Source: Acidovorax delafieldii (lineage in GTDB: Bacteria; Pseudomonadota; Gammaproteobacteria; Burkholderiales; Burkholderiaceae_C). From it: a stretch of 64,000 nucleotides of DNA. The notes under the pieces are model-generated. The model saw only the letters and a program-made list of their open reading frames with translations, did no database searches and was not told the origin of the DNA. This document shows positions 1 to 11,942 of this stretch, in pieces. The DNA lies in assembly GCA_002377855.1 (NCBI GenBank), contig DFQQ01000017.1:298-64297 (forward strand), read 5' to 3'. The first letter of the stretch is position 1. Each line of letters begins with the position of its first letter. A program made the translations under genes and the position numbers.

Positions 1-74
1 AGCTATACCCCCATTTTGACGCCAACCTTAATAACAAGTCATCGTCATCACAGCCTTGAATTATATACAGATTT

Positions 75-1487
75 TTAGCGGTTCCGCAAACGCTCAAGAA
101 CTTTTTCGCGCCCCACCAGCTCTAGCACCGCGTCCACCGAAGGGGTATGGGCAGTGCCTACCGTCAATACGCGCACGGGCATGGCCAGCTGCGGCATCTT
201 CAGACCGTGCTCAGCCAACACCGCCTTGAAAGCAGCGCTGATGGCAGCCTTCTCCCAAGTACAAGAAGCCAGGGCTGCGCCCAGGGCGTCCAGTGCGGGC
301 AAAACAGCTGGGGTCACGTGCTGAGCCATTTCTTGGGGTTGAGGCTGCACTTCACCATAGAAGGCAAGTGCCCAGTCGGCCAGCGCGACTGTGGTGTCAC
401 AGCGGTCCTTGAACAAACTGCAAATGCGTGGCAAACGACCGTCGGTCAACGCTTCGCGTGCCACACCGCGCTGCGCCAGCTGGTCCGCTACCAACGCTGC
501 GAGTGCATCGTCCGCGGTCAGTTTGATGTGTTGAGCATTCACCCAGCGTAGCTTCGCCTCATCAAACTGCGCTGCGCTGCGGCCGAGGTGATCCAGATTG
601 AACCACTGCAGGAACTGCTCCCGACTGAAGATCTCGTCATCTCCGTGGCTCCAACCCAGGCGGGCCAAGTAGTTGATCATCGCCTCAGGCAGGTAACCCT
701 CGTCGCGGTATTGCGTAACGGGCTTTGCGCCATTGCGCTTGCTCATCTTCTCGCCCTGCTCATTGAGCACTGTGGGTAAATGCGCATAAACCGGAGGCGT
801 TATCCCCAGCGCTCTGAAGATGTTGATCTGGCGGGGAGTGTTGTTCACATGGTCATCGCCGCGGATCACATGGGTAATTGCCATGTCCATGTCGTCCACC
901 ACCACGCAAAAATTGTACGTAGGGGTGCCATCAGGTCGTGCTATCACCAGATCGTCGAGCTCGTCATTTCTTATCTCGATGCGGCCTTTGACCTTGTCGT
1001 CCCACACAACGACTCCGTCCTTTGGATTGCGAAACCGCAGCACAGGGAGCACACCCTCCGGCACTGGAGGCAGTGTCTTCCCTTCTTCTGGTCGCCAAGT
1101 ACCGTCGTAGCGAGGTTTTTCCTTCGCCGCCATCTGGCGCTCACGCAACGCGTCAAGCTCAGGCACGCTCATATAGCATGGGTACACATGCCCCTGTTCC
1201 TGCATTTGCGCCAGCACGGCCTTGTACCGGTCCATGCGTTGCATTTGGTAGAAGGGGCCCTCATCAGGCTCCATGCCCAACCACTGCATACCTTCGAGAA
1301 TCACATCCACAGCGGCTTGGCTCGAGCGCTCCACGTCGGTGTCTTCGATACGCAAAATGAAATCGCCTCCCGTCGCACGTGCAAACGCCCAGGGATAAAG
1401 CGCAGAGCGAATGTTGCCGAGGTGAATGAACCCAGTGGGCGATGGGGCGAAGCGGGTGCGCACGTGCGCGACGTTGGAGTCTGTCAT
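75..1487 (-). CDS. gltX: glutamate--tRNA ligase
   Basis: ORF 75..1514(-). It shows the class I aaRS signatures [11 protein letters not shown] (HIGH-type) and KMSKR (KMSKS-type). Start trimmed to the ATG at 1487 (MTDSNV...); the Met at 1514 is an alternative. Confidence 0.93.
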   Translation of the reverse strand: MTDSNVAHVRTRFAPSPTGFIHLGNIRSALYPWAFARATGGDFILRIEDTDVERSSQAAVDVILEGMQWLGMEPDEGPFYQMQRMDRYKAVLAQMQEQGHVYPCYMSVPELDALRERQMAAKEKPRYDGTWRPEEGKTLPPVPEGVLPVLRFRNPKDGVVVWDDKVKGRIEIRNDELDDLVIARPDGTPTYNFCVVVDDMDMAITHVIRGDDHVNNTPRQINIFRALGITPPVYAHLPTVLNEQGEKMSKRNGAKPVTQYRDEGYLPEAMINYLARLGWSHGDDEIFSREQFLQWFNLDHLGRSAAQFDEAKLRWVNAQHIKLTADDALAALVADQLAQRGVAREALTDGRLPRICSLFKDRCDTTVALADWALAFYGEVQPQPQEMAQHVTPAVLPALDALGAALASCTWEKAAISAAFKAVLAEHGLKMPQLAMPVRVLTVGTAHTPSVDAVLELVGREKVLERLRNR

Positions 1488-1593
1488 GGGAATTGGAATG
1501 CGCTGACGCCGCATGGCGGCATTGCTGATAAACGTGGATTTACAAAGTTAGAAGAATGGACGACCCGCAAAGCTTCAATCGTCGTCCAAGCAT

Positions 1594-3099
1594 TCACGCT
1601 TCTTGGGCGTTCGGAAGGGCCAACCGTGACGTGTCTTCCTCGCCTTCCTCAGCGCCCACACGCCCCTCGTTCAGCTGCGCAATGCCCTCTGCGGTGATGT
1701 CGCCAGTGACATACACGCCGTCAAAACAAGACGCATCAAAACCGTAAATCGCGCTGTTGAGCGACCCGATGGCTCGTTTCATGCCGTCCACGTCCTGGTA
1801 GATCAGCGCATCGCACCCAATGGCTTCGCGAATCTCCTCCACGGTGCGGCCGTGTGCTACCAATTCCTTGCTGGTAGGCATGTCTATCCCGTACACGTTG
1901 GGATAACGGACGGGAGGGGCCGCACTGGCGAGATAGACTTTCCGTGCGCCGGCATCACGAGCCATTTGCACGATCTCACGAGACGTGGTGCCACGTACGA
2001 TGGAATCATCCACCAGCAGTACGTTCCGGCCTTTGAACTCACTGCCGATCACGTTGAGCTTTTGGCGCACCGACTTTTTCCGAACCCCCTGCCCGGGCAT
2101 GATGAAGGTGCGACCCACATAACGATTTTTCACGAAACCTTCGCGATAAGGAATGCCCAACAGGTGCGCCAATTGGGTAGCACTCGGACGGCTGGACTCC
2201 GGGATCGGGATGATCACATCGATTTCGTTCGGCGGCACCGTTGACACCACGCGCTTGGCAAGTGCCTCACCCAGGTTCAGACGAGCTTGGTACACCGAGA
2301 TCCCGTCCAACACGGAATCTGGCCGAGCAAGATACACGAACTCAAAAATGCAGGGATTGAGTTGTGGAGACTGCGCGCACTGGCGTGAGTGCACTGTGCC
2401 ATCCAGCGTGATGAACACCGCCTCGCCGGGCTCAATGTTCCGTTCGAACACATGCGACGTGCCTTCCAGCGCTACCGACTCGCTCCCCACCATCACTGTA
2501 CCGTCCTGGCTGCGCCCCATCGCCAGCGGACGGATACCGTGCGGATCCCGAAACGCCAATAGCCCGTGCCCGGCAATCAGCGCAATCACCGCGTACGAGC
2601 CCTTGATTCGCTGATGCACTGCACGCACTGCGGTAAAAACATCTTCAGGTTGCAGTGGGACCCCGCGCGTGGCCCGCTCCAGTTCATGCGCGAAGACGTT
2701 CAGCAACACCTCGGAGTCACTGTCTGTGTTGGTGTGGCGGTGGTCGGTTTGAAACAGCTCAGTGCGCAACGAATGCGCATTCGTCAAGTTGCCGTTGTGC
2801 ACCAACACGATGCCGAACGGGGCATTGACATAAAAAGGCTGGGCCTCTTCCTCGCTATAGGCGTTACCTGCAGTGGGGTAGCGTACCTGCCCCAGGCCCA
2901 CATTGCCCGGCAGGGCGCGCATGTTCCGGGTACGAAAAACATCGCGCACCATGCCCTTGGCCTTGTGCATGAAAAACTTGCGGCCTTGCTGAGTCACGAT
3001 ACCTGCGGCATCCTGGCCACGGTGCTGCAACAGCAGCAATGCGTCATAAATCAGCTGGTTGACTGGCGCGGTACTGACAACACCAACGATTCCACACAT
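1594..3099 (-). CDS. purF: amidophosphoribosyltransferase
   Basis: ORF 1594..3111(-). MCGIVG gives the Ntn-amidotransferase N-terminal Cys when the start is the ATG at 3099. PRTase motif VLLVDDSIVRGTT is present. Confidence 0.95.
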   Translation of the reverse strand: MCGIVGVVSTAPVNQLIYDALLLLQHRGQDAAGIVTQQGRKFFMHKAKGMVRDVFRTRNMRALPGNVGLGQVRYPTAGNAYSEEEAQPFYVNAPFGIVLVHNGNLTNAHSLRTELFQTDHRHTNTDSDSEVLLNVFAHELERATRGVPLQPEDVFTAVRAVHQRIKGSYAVIALIAGHGLLAFRDPHGIRPLAMGRSQDGTVMVGSESVALEGTSHVFERNIEPGEAVFITLDGTVHSRQCAQSPQLNPCIFEFVYLARPDSVLDGISVYQARLNLGEALAKRVVSTVPPNEIDVIIPIPESSRPSATQLAHLLGIPYREGFVKNRYVGRTFIMPGQGVRKKSVRQKLNVIGSEFKGRNVLLVDDSIVRGTTSREIVQMARDAGARKVYLASAAPPVRYPNVYGIDMPTSKELVAHGRTVEEIREAIGCDALIYQDVDGMKRAIGSLNSAIYGFDASCFDGVYVTGDITAEGIAQLNEGRVGAEEGEEDTSRLALPNAQEA

Positions 3100-3180
3100 A
3101 GTTCTTTCCAATCCAATTGCAGAGATTTCTGCGCTAAGCCAATTTCAAGAGCGCACCGCAACGACCTCGCGGTACATCGC

Positions 3181-3675
3181 TCACTCCGATGAAGGAAGAA
3201 GACTTCCGAATTCCTGAGGTAGTACGGGCTTTAGCGACGCCAACACCTGGTCAAGTATCGGAGCCCCTACTGAGGCTTTCCACCACCCATCGTTGCGCAT
3301 GGGCGTCAGCCCCACCACCACCGCAACCACCAGCAACAATATGCCACCACGTAACAAGCCGAACAGAGCGCCCATGCTGCGGTCTGCAGGGCGCAGCCCA
3401 GCGGCCTCTACCATTTTCTTGGCGAGCCAAGCCAACAGACCGAAAGCAAATATGGCTGCGACAAACACCAGCACAAATCCGGCCACATAGCTCAAAGCGC
3501 CCTCACCGCTCGCGACAGGCAGCCGTCGCCCCACGTCCGCCGCAAGCCATTGGGCGGTAAAGAAAGCAGCGACCCATCCCGCAAGCGACAGCAACTCAAA
3601 GACCAATCCACGCCACGCCCCAAGCAGCAACGAAGCACCCAACACCGTCAAAAAAATCCAATCAGCGAGTTCCAT
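3181..3675 (-). CDS. cvpA: CvpA-family membrane protein (colicin V production protein)
   Basis: 164 aa with several hydrophobic segments. It sits in the widely conserved folC-SPOR(dedD)-cvpA-purF gene order. Confidence 0.8.
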   Translation of the reverse strand: MELADWIFLTVLGASLLLGAWRGLVFELLSLAGWVAAFFTAQWLAADVGRRLPVASGEGALSYVAGFVLVFVAAIFAFGLLAWLAKKMVEAAGLRPADRSMGALFGLLRGGILLLVVAVVVGLTPMRNDGWWKASVGAPILDQVLASLKPVLPQEFGSLLPSSE

Positions 3676-3698
3676 TGGGGGGCCGGAAAGCGCAGGTA

Positions 3699-4502
3699 TC
3701 AGAGCGTCAGCACCGATGCGGACAAATCCAAACCTTTGATCCGTGCCGCCGCCTTGTCCGCATCTGCGCGGGTGCCGTAAGGCCCGACGCGAACACGTGT
3801 TCTCTTGCCATCCTTTGAATCCACTACCTGGGTGTAAGTTTTCAACCCGGCGCGTTCAAGCTTCAATCGCACCTCTTTGGCTTTGTCTGCGTCAGCGAAT
3901 GCACCGACCTGCACGATGAAGCGCTCGTCGTCCGAACGCTCGGCCGCCGCTGGCTGGCGTGCGTCTGTGGCTGGCTTACCTCGCACAGCATCCTCAGCCC
4001 GTGGCATCGGCTTGGCTACGATTGCTGGGCTGTTTTTGGCCTCAGCAGATTTACCCGCAGCCACTGGTGCTGGAGCCATGCCTGATTTGACGCCTGCGCG
4101 ACCGCTCGCCGGAGATGCGATCAACTCTTCCCCATCGGTCAATGTGGCGCTGGCGGCTACCCTTTCAACGCTTGGGCGTTGCTGTACAGAGTTAGCGGGC
4201 TGCGAACCTGCCGCCTTCACAGCATCAGGCTCGTTCGATTGGGCGGGCACAACCAAGGGCGCAACTTTGTTGCGGTCTGGAATTTCAATCGGAACGTCTA
4301 CGGGAATCGGCCGGGGCTGGGTGTCGAACAACAGAGGAAATCCAATTACCCCCAACAACACCAATACCGCAGCGCCCATCAAACGATGTCGAGCGCGGCG
4401 ACGCATGACCTCAATGCTCTCCGCTTGCGGAGAGCGGGGGCGCTTAGCCGGTTTTTCGGCAGGAACATCCTGACCGGGCCACCGAAACTTGAAAAATGCC
4501 AT
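3699..4502 (-). CDS. SPOR domain-containing protein (DedD-like)
   Basis: N-terminal TM segment, a Pro/Ala-rich linker, and a C-terminal SPOR-like region (FIVQVGAFADADKAKEVRLKLERAGL ... RVRVGPYGTRADADKAAARIK). Confidence 0.8.
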   Translation of the reverse strand: MAFFKFRWPGQDVPAEKPAKRPRSPQAESIEVMRRRARHRLMGAAVLVLLGVIGFPLLFDTQPRPIPVDVPIEIPDRNKVAPLVVPAQSNEPDAVKAAGSQPANSVQQRPSVERVAASATLTDGEELIASPASGRAGVKSGMAPAPVAAGKSAEAKNSPAIVAKPMPRAEDAVRGKPATDARQPAAAERSDDERFIVQVGAFADADKAKEVRLKLERAGLKTYTQVVDSKDGKRTRVRVGPYGTRADADKAAARIKGLDLSASVLTL

Positions 4503-4524
4503 GGAAATACGACTCGTGTGGACC

Positions 4525-5850
4525 TTAAGCGCCCAGATGTTTGGCGTCCAGGCGAGGGATTCCGTTCACAAGAACCCCGCCTACTGTGTAGAACGAGCCA
4601 AAGACCACGATTCTATCAGCCGGGTCCGCCGCATCTACCGCTGCCCGCAATGCCTGCAGAGGATCGGAGTGTGCACTGGAGCTCACATCCTTGCGCCCCC
4701 CGGCCACCATGTGCACCGCATTCCATTTTTGTTGAAGCTCTATTCCTGCCAGCGCCCTGGGGGTAGGCAAAGACGTGAAGTACCAGCGGTCCACCAGGGG
4801 ACCCACTTTGGCGAGCATCAGACCCAGGTCCTTGTCCGCCATCGCTCCAAATACGGCATGGGTGACCGGGTAGTACCCCATTGCATCAAGATTGGCGGTG
4901 AGGGCGGCAACCGAGTGCGGGTTGTGCGCGACATCCAGCACCAGCGTGGGCTGACCAGGAACGATTTGAAAGCGCCCCGGCAAGTCAACCATGGCCATGC
5001 CGTTTCGCACGGCCTGTGCGGTCACAGGCAATTTATCGCGGAGCGCTTCGTATGCCGCCAAAACACCAGCTGCATTGACCAACTGGTTCGCACCTCGAAG
5101 CGCAGGGTAAGCAAGGCCGGCGTAACGCCGCCCTCTGCCCGCCCAGCTCCACTGCTGCTTGTCGCCCGCCACATTGAAGTCGTGTCCGACCCTCCAAAGG
5201 TCCGCCCCTATTTCGCGTGCGTGGTCCACCACGCTCTGGGGGGCCACGGGGTCGCTCACGATGGCCGGCCGGCCGGTGCGCATGATGCCTGCTTTTTCCC
5301 GGCCGATCGCTTCGCGGTCGGCCCCGAGAAACTCAACGTGGTCGATATCGATGCTGGTGATAACTGCGCAATCAGTATCAATCACGTTGGTGGCGTCCAA
5401 GCGCCCGCCCAACCCCACCTCCAAGATAGCCACGTCCAGCAATGCATGGCTCATCAATCGCAGAATTGCCAAAGTGGTGAACTCAAAATAGGTCAGGGAC
5501 ACTTCTTCGCCGCTCTGCGTGCGCGCAGCCTCCACTGCTGAAAAATGCGGCAGCAGGTCGTCAGGCGTCACGATCTCACCGTGAACACGACAGCGTTCCT
5601 GGAAATGAACCAAGTGGGGTGACGTGTACACGCCAGTCCGGTAACCCGCCTGAAGAGCCACGGCCTCAAGCATTGCGCACGTAGAGCCCTTGCCATTGGT
5701 ACCTGCCACGGTGACGACAGGACAGCTGAACTTCAGCGACATGCGGCGTGCTATCTCGCGCACGCGGTCAAGCCCCATATCAATGCCAGTCGGGTGAATC
5801 TGCTCGCAGTAACGGAGCCAGCCTTCCAAGGTGTGCGGTGTGGTGTGCAT
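4525..5850 (-). CDS. folC: bifunctional folylpolyglutamate synthase / dihydrofolate synthase
   Basis: 441 aa Mur-ligase-family protein with P-loop GTNGKGST. Lies in the conserved context upstream of the SPOR/cvpA/purF genes. Confidence 0.92.
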   Translation of the reverse strand: MHTTPHTLEGWLRYCEQIHPTGIDMGLDRVREIARRMSLKFSCPVVTVAGTNGKGSTCAMLEAVALQAGYRTGVYTSPHLVHFQERCRVHGEIVTPDDLLPHFSAVEAARTQSGEEVSLTYFEFTTLAILRLMSHALLDVAILEVGLGGRLDATNVIDTDCAVITSIDIDHVEFLGADREAIGREKAGIMRTGRPAIVSDPVAPQSVVDHAREIGADLWRVGHDFNVAGDKQQWSWAGRGRRYAGLAYPALRGANQLVNAAGVLAAYEALRDKLPVTAQAVRNGMAMVDLPGRFQIVPGQPTLVLDVAHNPHSVAALTANLDAMGYYPVTHAVFGAMADKDLGLMLAKVGPLVDRWYFTSLPTPRALAGIELQQKWNAVHMVAGGRKDVSSSAHSDPLQALRAAVDAADPADRIVVFGSFYTVGGVLVNGIPRLDAKHLGA

Positions 5851-5885
5851 AGACCATCAATTGTCGCCCAGGCAGTGGATCGGGC

Positions 5886-6281
5886 ATGATTTCGCCCATG
5901 AAACAACGAGAAATTACCCTGTACGGCATCCCCAACTGCGACACAGTCAAGAAAGCGCGGGCTTGGCTCGCAGCACAGTCACTGGACTACACCTTTCACG
6001 ACTTCAAAAAGCAGGGAGTATCGATGGACCGCCTGCAGGCATGGTGCAGCGCACTAGGCGTGAACGTGGTACTCAACCAAAAAGGAACCACTTGGCGCGC
6101 GTTGACTCCCACAGAACAGGAGAGCGCAACCGAAATGGCTGGCGCACTAGAGCTAATGCACAGACACACCAGCCTGATCAAGCGTCCCATCGTTGAATGG
6201 AGTATTGGCCCGGAAAGCAAGGTGACGGCTGGATTTTCGCCGGAGGCTTGGGCCCAACACGTCACTGGCCAATTGAAATGA
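5886..6281 (+). CDS. ArsC/Spx/YffB-family protein
   Basis: 131 aa with ITLYGIPNCDTVKKARAWL, typical of the ArsC/YffB thioredoxin-like family. The ATG at 5898 is an alternative start. Confidence 0.8.
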   Translation: MISPMKQREITLYGIPNCDTVKKARAWLAAQSLDYTFHDFKKQGVSMDRLQAWCSALGVNVVLNQKGTTWRALTPTEQESATEMAGALELMHRHTSLIKRPIVEWSIGPESKVTAGFSPEAWAQHVTGQLK

Positions 6282-6438
6282 CGTTCACTTGGCAGTTCTC
6301 CTTGAAGGAGCAACGCCCGAAGGTACTGATCGAATCAAGGTTTACGTAACTTCACGCTTGCCTCTAGTGAAAGAGCGACGGTCCGTTCAACTTTTTTCGC
6401 GCTTCGCGCGTTGTATACCTTCAAGACAGGAGTCCTCC

Positions 6439-7086
6439 ATGAAAAAGCCAGCCATCCTTGCCGTGCTGACCATCTCTGTGTTTTCGGCGCAGGCCCAGGA
6501 GCAAGCGCGTGTCCTCTCGGCCACTCCTATCGTCCAGCAGGTAGGCGTGCCCCAACAAGTGTGCGGCAACGAAACCGTATACAGTGGGTCGCGCAATTCC
6601 GGCGCGGGAGCAGTGATGGGGGCGATCGCAGGAGGAGCGGCGGGCAATGCCGTTGGCAAAGGCAGCGGAAGAGCCGCCGCTACAGCTTTGGGCGTGATTG
6701 GCGGAGCGGTACTGGGCAATCAGATTGAGGGTAGCGGCCGCCCACAGTACGAGAACGTGCAACGCTGCACCACTGAAACATATTACGAAAACAGAACAGT
6801 AGGTTACAACGTGGTGTATGAGTATGCAGGCCGCCAATACACCACCCGAACGCAGTACGACCCCGGGCAATGGATCCCCGTGAGCGTGCAGCCGCAAATC
6901 GGTCAGAGTTACTCGACTCAGCCAGGAGCCTACGGTTCTGGTGCCACGTACGTCCAGCCTGGCGTTGTTACGTCCACCTATCCGGCCCCTGCTGCCTACG
7001 TCACCCCACCAGTCACGGTGATCGAATACAACTACACCGATGGCCGGCGGCCCTACCACCACCACGGTAATCCGTATTGGCGCTGA
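6439..7086 (+). CDS. glycine-zipper 2TM-type secreted/outer-membrane protein
   Basis: ORF 6289..7086 trimmed to the ATG at 6439, which is preceded by AGGAG (6428-6432). Signal peptide MKKPAILAVLTISVFSAQA. Gly-zipper stretch GAVMGAIAGGAAGNAVGKGSG...GVIGGAVLGN. Confidence 0.75.
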   Translation: MKKPAILAVLTISVFSAQAQEQARVLSATPIVQQVGVPQQVCGNETVYSGSRNSGAGAVMGAIAGGAAGNAVGKGSGRAAATALGVIGGAVLGNQIEGSGRPQYENVQRCTTETYYENRTVGYNVVYEYAGRQYTTRTQYDPGQWIPVSVQPQIGQSYSTQPGAYGSGATYVQPGVVTSTYPAPAAYVTPPVTVIEYNYTDGRRPYHHHGNPYWR

Positions 7087-7107
7087 AGATTCATGGTCAG
7101 GCAGCAA

Positions 7108-7133
7108 AGAGCCCTCTGAGGGCTCTTTTTTTT
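7108..7133 (+). terminator. Rho-independent terminator after the glycine-zipper gene
   Basis: Hairpin AGAGCCC-tctga-GGGCTCT followed by a T8 run, 22 nt after the stop codon. Confidence 0.8.
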
Positions 7134-7228
7134 GAAGTGAGCATTTAGTCTTCGGATACCGAAGCAAGCTCCTAACTCAGCGGTCGGCTGCCCTAAAATC
7201 AAAAGCTGACTATCACTTGCACACGACC

Positions 7229-7546
7229 ATGACCACCCAAACCATCGACGGAGTAACCGTCACCACCCAAGCCAATGTGTACTTTGACGGCAAATGCGTA
7301 AGCCACGGCATCACGCTGGCAGACGGCACAAAAAAATCGGTGGGTGTCGTTTTACCGGCCGTGCTGACCTTCAACACCGCAGCCGCTGAGATCATGGAAT
7401 GCGTTGCTGGTTCCTGCGAGTACAAGCTGGATGGAACAGATACCTGGGTCAGGTCTGCCGCCGGAGAAAAGTTCAGCGTGCCAGGTAACTCTAAGTTCGA
7501 TATCCGCGTCACTGAGTCGTACCACTACATCTGCCACTTCGGCTAA
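7229..7546 (+). CDS. ppnP: pyrimidine/purine nucleoside phosphorylase PpnP (DUF1255)
   Basis: About 105 aa with YFDGKCVSH and a cupin-like small protein pattern. ORF 7217..7546 opens with TTG; the ATG at 7229 was chosen as start. Confidence 0.8.
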   Translation: MTTQTIDGVTVTTQANVYFDGKCVSHGITLADGTKKSVGVVLPAVLTFNTAAAEIMECVAGSCEYKLDGTDTWVRSAAGEKFSVPGNSKFDIRVTESYHYICHFG

Positions 7547-8911
<1,365 letters not shown>

Positions 8912-8926
8912 GGCTCTGCGCTTATC

Positions 8927-8953
8927 AAGCCGCCCAACCGGGCGGCTTTTTTT
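8927..8953 (+). terminator. Rho-independent terminator after argG
   Basis: Hairpin AAGCCGCCC-aacc-GGGCGGCTT followed by a T-run. Confidence 0.85.
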
Positions 8954-9026
8954 CGTCCATTACAATCATTTAAATCATTTTTAACATAAAATCATGCAAT
9001 CAACTAATCCTCTCGCAGGAGGTGCT

Positions 9027-9539
9027 ATGCACATCATTACCTTGTTTTCTCGCTGGCTGGCGCTGTTTACAGCCGTGTCGCTGCTCGCTACCCCCGCGTG
9101 GGCTCTGCAGTCCCCCACTGGGGACGTGATATTGACCGTTTCCGGAAAAATTGGCCAAGCCAATCGGGACAAAGCGGCCGCTTTCGACTTGGAGATGCTT
9201 CAAAAGCTGCCTCAGCAGACCTTTGTCACCAAGACTCCGTGGGACAAGAACCCTACAAAGTTCACCGGTCCGTTGTTGCGCGATGTACTTAGCGCAGTGA
9301 AGTCCAACGGTAAAACCCTGACCGCCTTGGCTTTGAACGACTACAAAACAACTATTCCTGCAGAGGATGCGAGCTTGTATGACGTGATCGTGGCTCACAA
9401 GATCGACGACATGCCGATCCCTGTGCGCACAAAGGGGCCTCTGTTCATCATCTATCCTTTTGATTCGAAACCCGAACTGAAAGCGTCCAAGTACTATGGT
9501 CGCTCGGCTTGGCAGCTCAAATCCCTCAAGGTCGATTGA
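9027..9539 (+). CDS. periplasmic molybdopterin-binding-oxidoreductase-like domain protein
   Basis: ORF 8994..9539 trimmed to the ATG at 9027, after AGGAGG. Has a signal peptide ending AWA. NDYKTTIP and KGPLFIIYPFD resemble small Moco-domain-like proteins, from memory of the family. Confidence 0.55.
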   Translation: MHIITLFSRWLALFTAVSLLATPAWALQSPTGDVILTVSGKIGQANRDKAAAFDLEMLQKLPQQTFVTKTPWDKNPTKFTGPLLRDVLSAVKSNGKTLTALALNDYKTTIPAEDASLYDVIVAHKIDDMPIPVRTKGPLFIIYPFDSKPELKASKYYGRSAWQLKSLKVD

Positions 9540-9548
9540 AAACGATAA

Positions 9549-11921
9549 ATGCCATCCCGCCGCACCAACCAGCGCTACCTTTTATGGTTGGCACTGGGCA
9601 CGACCCTGATGGTTGCCGCCATGGCGGTTCTGCTGGTGCTTCAGGCAACCCAGCAACAGGCTATTCGCAAAAGCAGCGACCTGCGCAGTGACTCGATCAC
9701 CGCGTTGGCATTTCAACTGGAACGGGAGTTCTTGCGCCTGAGGCAGGTGCTGGAGGTACACGCAGTGAGCGAAGCGCCACGCACTTTGAATGACTTGCGG
9801 CTGCGCAGCGACATTTTTGCCAGCCGTTTTCAGCTGATGCACGACACGCCGAGCACCACGGCCTTGCACGAACGGCGAGAGTACGTGGAGACCATGCCCA
9901 AGCTCGAAGCGCTGATCGCACAGATGGACCAGATGCTCGCGGCCCCTGGTACACGCCCGCGCAAGGAGTTCCAACAACTGCTTGGTTCGTTCAATGAACT
10001 CGGCCCCGACGTCCAGGAAATGACGATGGCGGCCAACCGCCATGTCGCTTCACTCCTGGAAGAGCAGGAGTCCACCATGCTAGCGCAGGGCGGCCAGATC
10101 ACGGCGCTGATCGTGGCCCAGTTGGTCATTTTGCTGGCTGCCGGCGCAGCGCTGGCCCGACGCCAGTATCGGCAAGAAAGAGAGCGACTGGCTCTGCAGC
10201 AGCTGACTGAAAGATTGCAGACTGCCAACGCTGCGGCTGAACAGGCCAACCGGGGCAAGAGCCAGTTCCTAGCCAACATGAGCCACGAACTGCGCACTCC
10301 ATTCAACGGCGTGTTGGGCATGCTCACGCTGCTGGAAAGAACCAGGCTGGACGCTAGCCAGCGGGAGTACGTCTACACCGCCCGCAACTCGGCGGACCAT
10401 TTGCTGGCACTTTTGAACGACATTCTCGACGTGTCGGCCATGGAGGCCGGCAAGATGAGTATCCACCCCGTTCCGACCCACTTGCCAGCGGTGATGGAAG
10501 GTGTTGAGAGGCTCATGCGCCCGATGGCAGAGCAAAAAGGACTGCGCTTTGTCATCGACTTGGCTGAAGGCTTGCCGTCTTGGGTTGAAGCGGATGGCAC
10601 ACGGCTGAAACAGATTGTCCTGAACTTGGTGACCAACGCCATCAAGTTCAGTGACAAGGGCACCGTGTCCGTCAAGATGGGGCGCCATGACAACGGCGAA
10701 CTCTGTCATGGGAGCGTCTACGTCTTCCGCTTGGAGGTCGTTGACGAAGGAATCGGCATGGACCAAGCCACCCTTGCGAGGTTGTTCGAGCGATTCACAC
10801 AAGGAGACGCCAGTACATCGCGCCGCTTTGGTGGCACCGGCTTGGGTCTGGAGATCTCGCGCAATCTCGCCCGGAGGATGGGAGGAGACATACAGGCGCG
10901 AAGCACACTGGGCAAAGGCAGCACTTTTGTGGTCACCCTGCCCTTGTCGCTGGCACCGCCTCCCAAGGCAAGGGCCTTGCCCGGCCCATCAGAGGAGGCA
11001 TCCTCTCAGCCCGAAATTTCGGGGTTGGACATATTGGTAGCCGACGACCAGATGGTCAACCGCAAATACATGGGCGCATTGCTCACCAGCATGGGGCACG
11101 CCCCCCGGTTTGCCGAGAACGGCGAACAAGCCTGCGCAGAAGTGCAGAAGAAGCGACCGCATCTGGTGCTGATGGATTTGCACATGCCCGTCATGGACGG
11201 CTTTGAGGCGACCCGCAAGCTACGCCGGTCGCCTGAATTCACAGATCTGGCCATCGTGGCGTTGACCGCCGATGTGTTCGCACAGACCCGAGAACGGGCC
11301 ACCGAAGCGGGCATGAGTGCATTCGTTGCAAAACCGGTCAGCGTGGACACCATTCAATCACTGCTGACGGAAACGTTCAGAGCCCCTGAGGGCGAGCGCG
11401 TCTTACCGCCGCCAGAAGCGTCGGCAAAAGAAAGACCACTGACAGCCGAGACGGCCCCACTGCAACCGCCCTCCCAGCCTGCCAAGCGCCCCGCACGGCG
11501 GCGTTTCAAATCAGGGGACGTCGCCGCGCACATCGATATGGCCATGGTGGGCGAAGTCTGCGTGGGGGTCACTGTGCAGGGATATCGATCCCTGCTCCAA
11601 GGCTATTTCAGCGACGAGTCGGGAAGCTTGGATGCCTTGCTGCGCGCGCTCAGCGGCAGCGATCAAGAGGCGCTTCGGGCGGCAGCACATGGGTTCAAGG
11701 GGGCGTCTGCAAACCTCGGTTTCGCCAAATTGGCGGCGCTGGCTTTCCAGTTCGAGAAAGGCGAATACCTCCCTGAAATCGATGACCGAGCGCATTTGCT
11801 GGAGGCATGGGACATGACCCACGCCCTGTGCCTTCGCATGGGTCTCACAGACGTCGCGGCCATCCAGGAGCGCCATCGCCATGTGCCCAAAGCCAGCAGC
11901 CAGCAAGGCCCGCTCCCCTAG
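9549..11921 (+). CDS. hybrid sensor histidine kinase / response regulator with C-terminal HPt
   Basis: 790 aa. N-terminal TM-flanked sensor region, H-box [14 protein letters not shown]2 box [10 protein letters not shown], receiver domain DLHMPVMDG...KP, and HPt motif [11 protein letters not shown]. Confidence 0.92.
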   Translation: MPSRRTNQRYLLWLALGTTLMVAAMAVLLVLQATQQQAIRKSSDLRSDSITALAFQLEREFLRLRQVLEVHAVSEAPRTLNDLRLRSDIFASRFQLMHDTPSTTALHERREYVETMPKLEALIAQMDQMLAAPGTRPRKEFQQLLGSFNELGPDVQEMTMAANRHVASLLEEQESTMLAQGGQITALIVAQLVILLAAGAALARRQYRQERERLALQQLTERLQTANAAAEQANRGKSQFLANMSHELRTPFNGVLGMLTLLERTRLDASQREYVYTARNSADHLLALLNDILDVSAMEAGKMSIHPVPTHLPAVMEGVERLMRPMAEQKGLRFVIDLAEGLPSWVEADGTRLKQIVLNLVTNAIKFSDKGTVSVKMGRHDNGELCHGSVYVFRLEVVDEGIGMDQATLARLFERFTQGDASTSRRFGGTGLGLEISRNLARRMGGDIQARSTLGKGSTFVVTLPLSLAPPPKARALPGPSEEASSQPEISGLDILVADDQMVNRKYMGALLTSMGHAPRFAENGEQACAEVQKKRPHLVLMDLHMPVMDGFEATRKLRRSPEFTDLAIVALTADVFAQTRERATEAGMSAFVAKPVSVDTIQSLLTETFRAPEGERVLPPPEASAKERPLTAETAPLQPPSQPAKRPARRRFKSGDVAAHIDMAMVGEVCVGVTVQGYRSLLQGYFSDESGSLDALLRALSGSDQEALRAAAHGFKGASANLGFAKLAALAFQFEKGEYLPEIDDRAHLLEAWDMTHALCLRMGLTDVAAIQERHRHVPKASSQQGPLP

Positions 11922-11942
11922 TCTGCCAACCCGCAGATACGG

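Noticed and set aside
780-1697. A 305-aa plus-strand ORF, with 4489-5541, 15276-16205, 18228-18968 and 19392-20228 being similar cases
   Set aside because: All lie opposite, or out of frame with, strongly supported genes (gltX, folC, plsY, the Bug-family gene, the M20 peptidase). All have Arg/Ala/Gly/His-rich shadow-frame composition.
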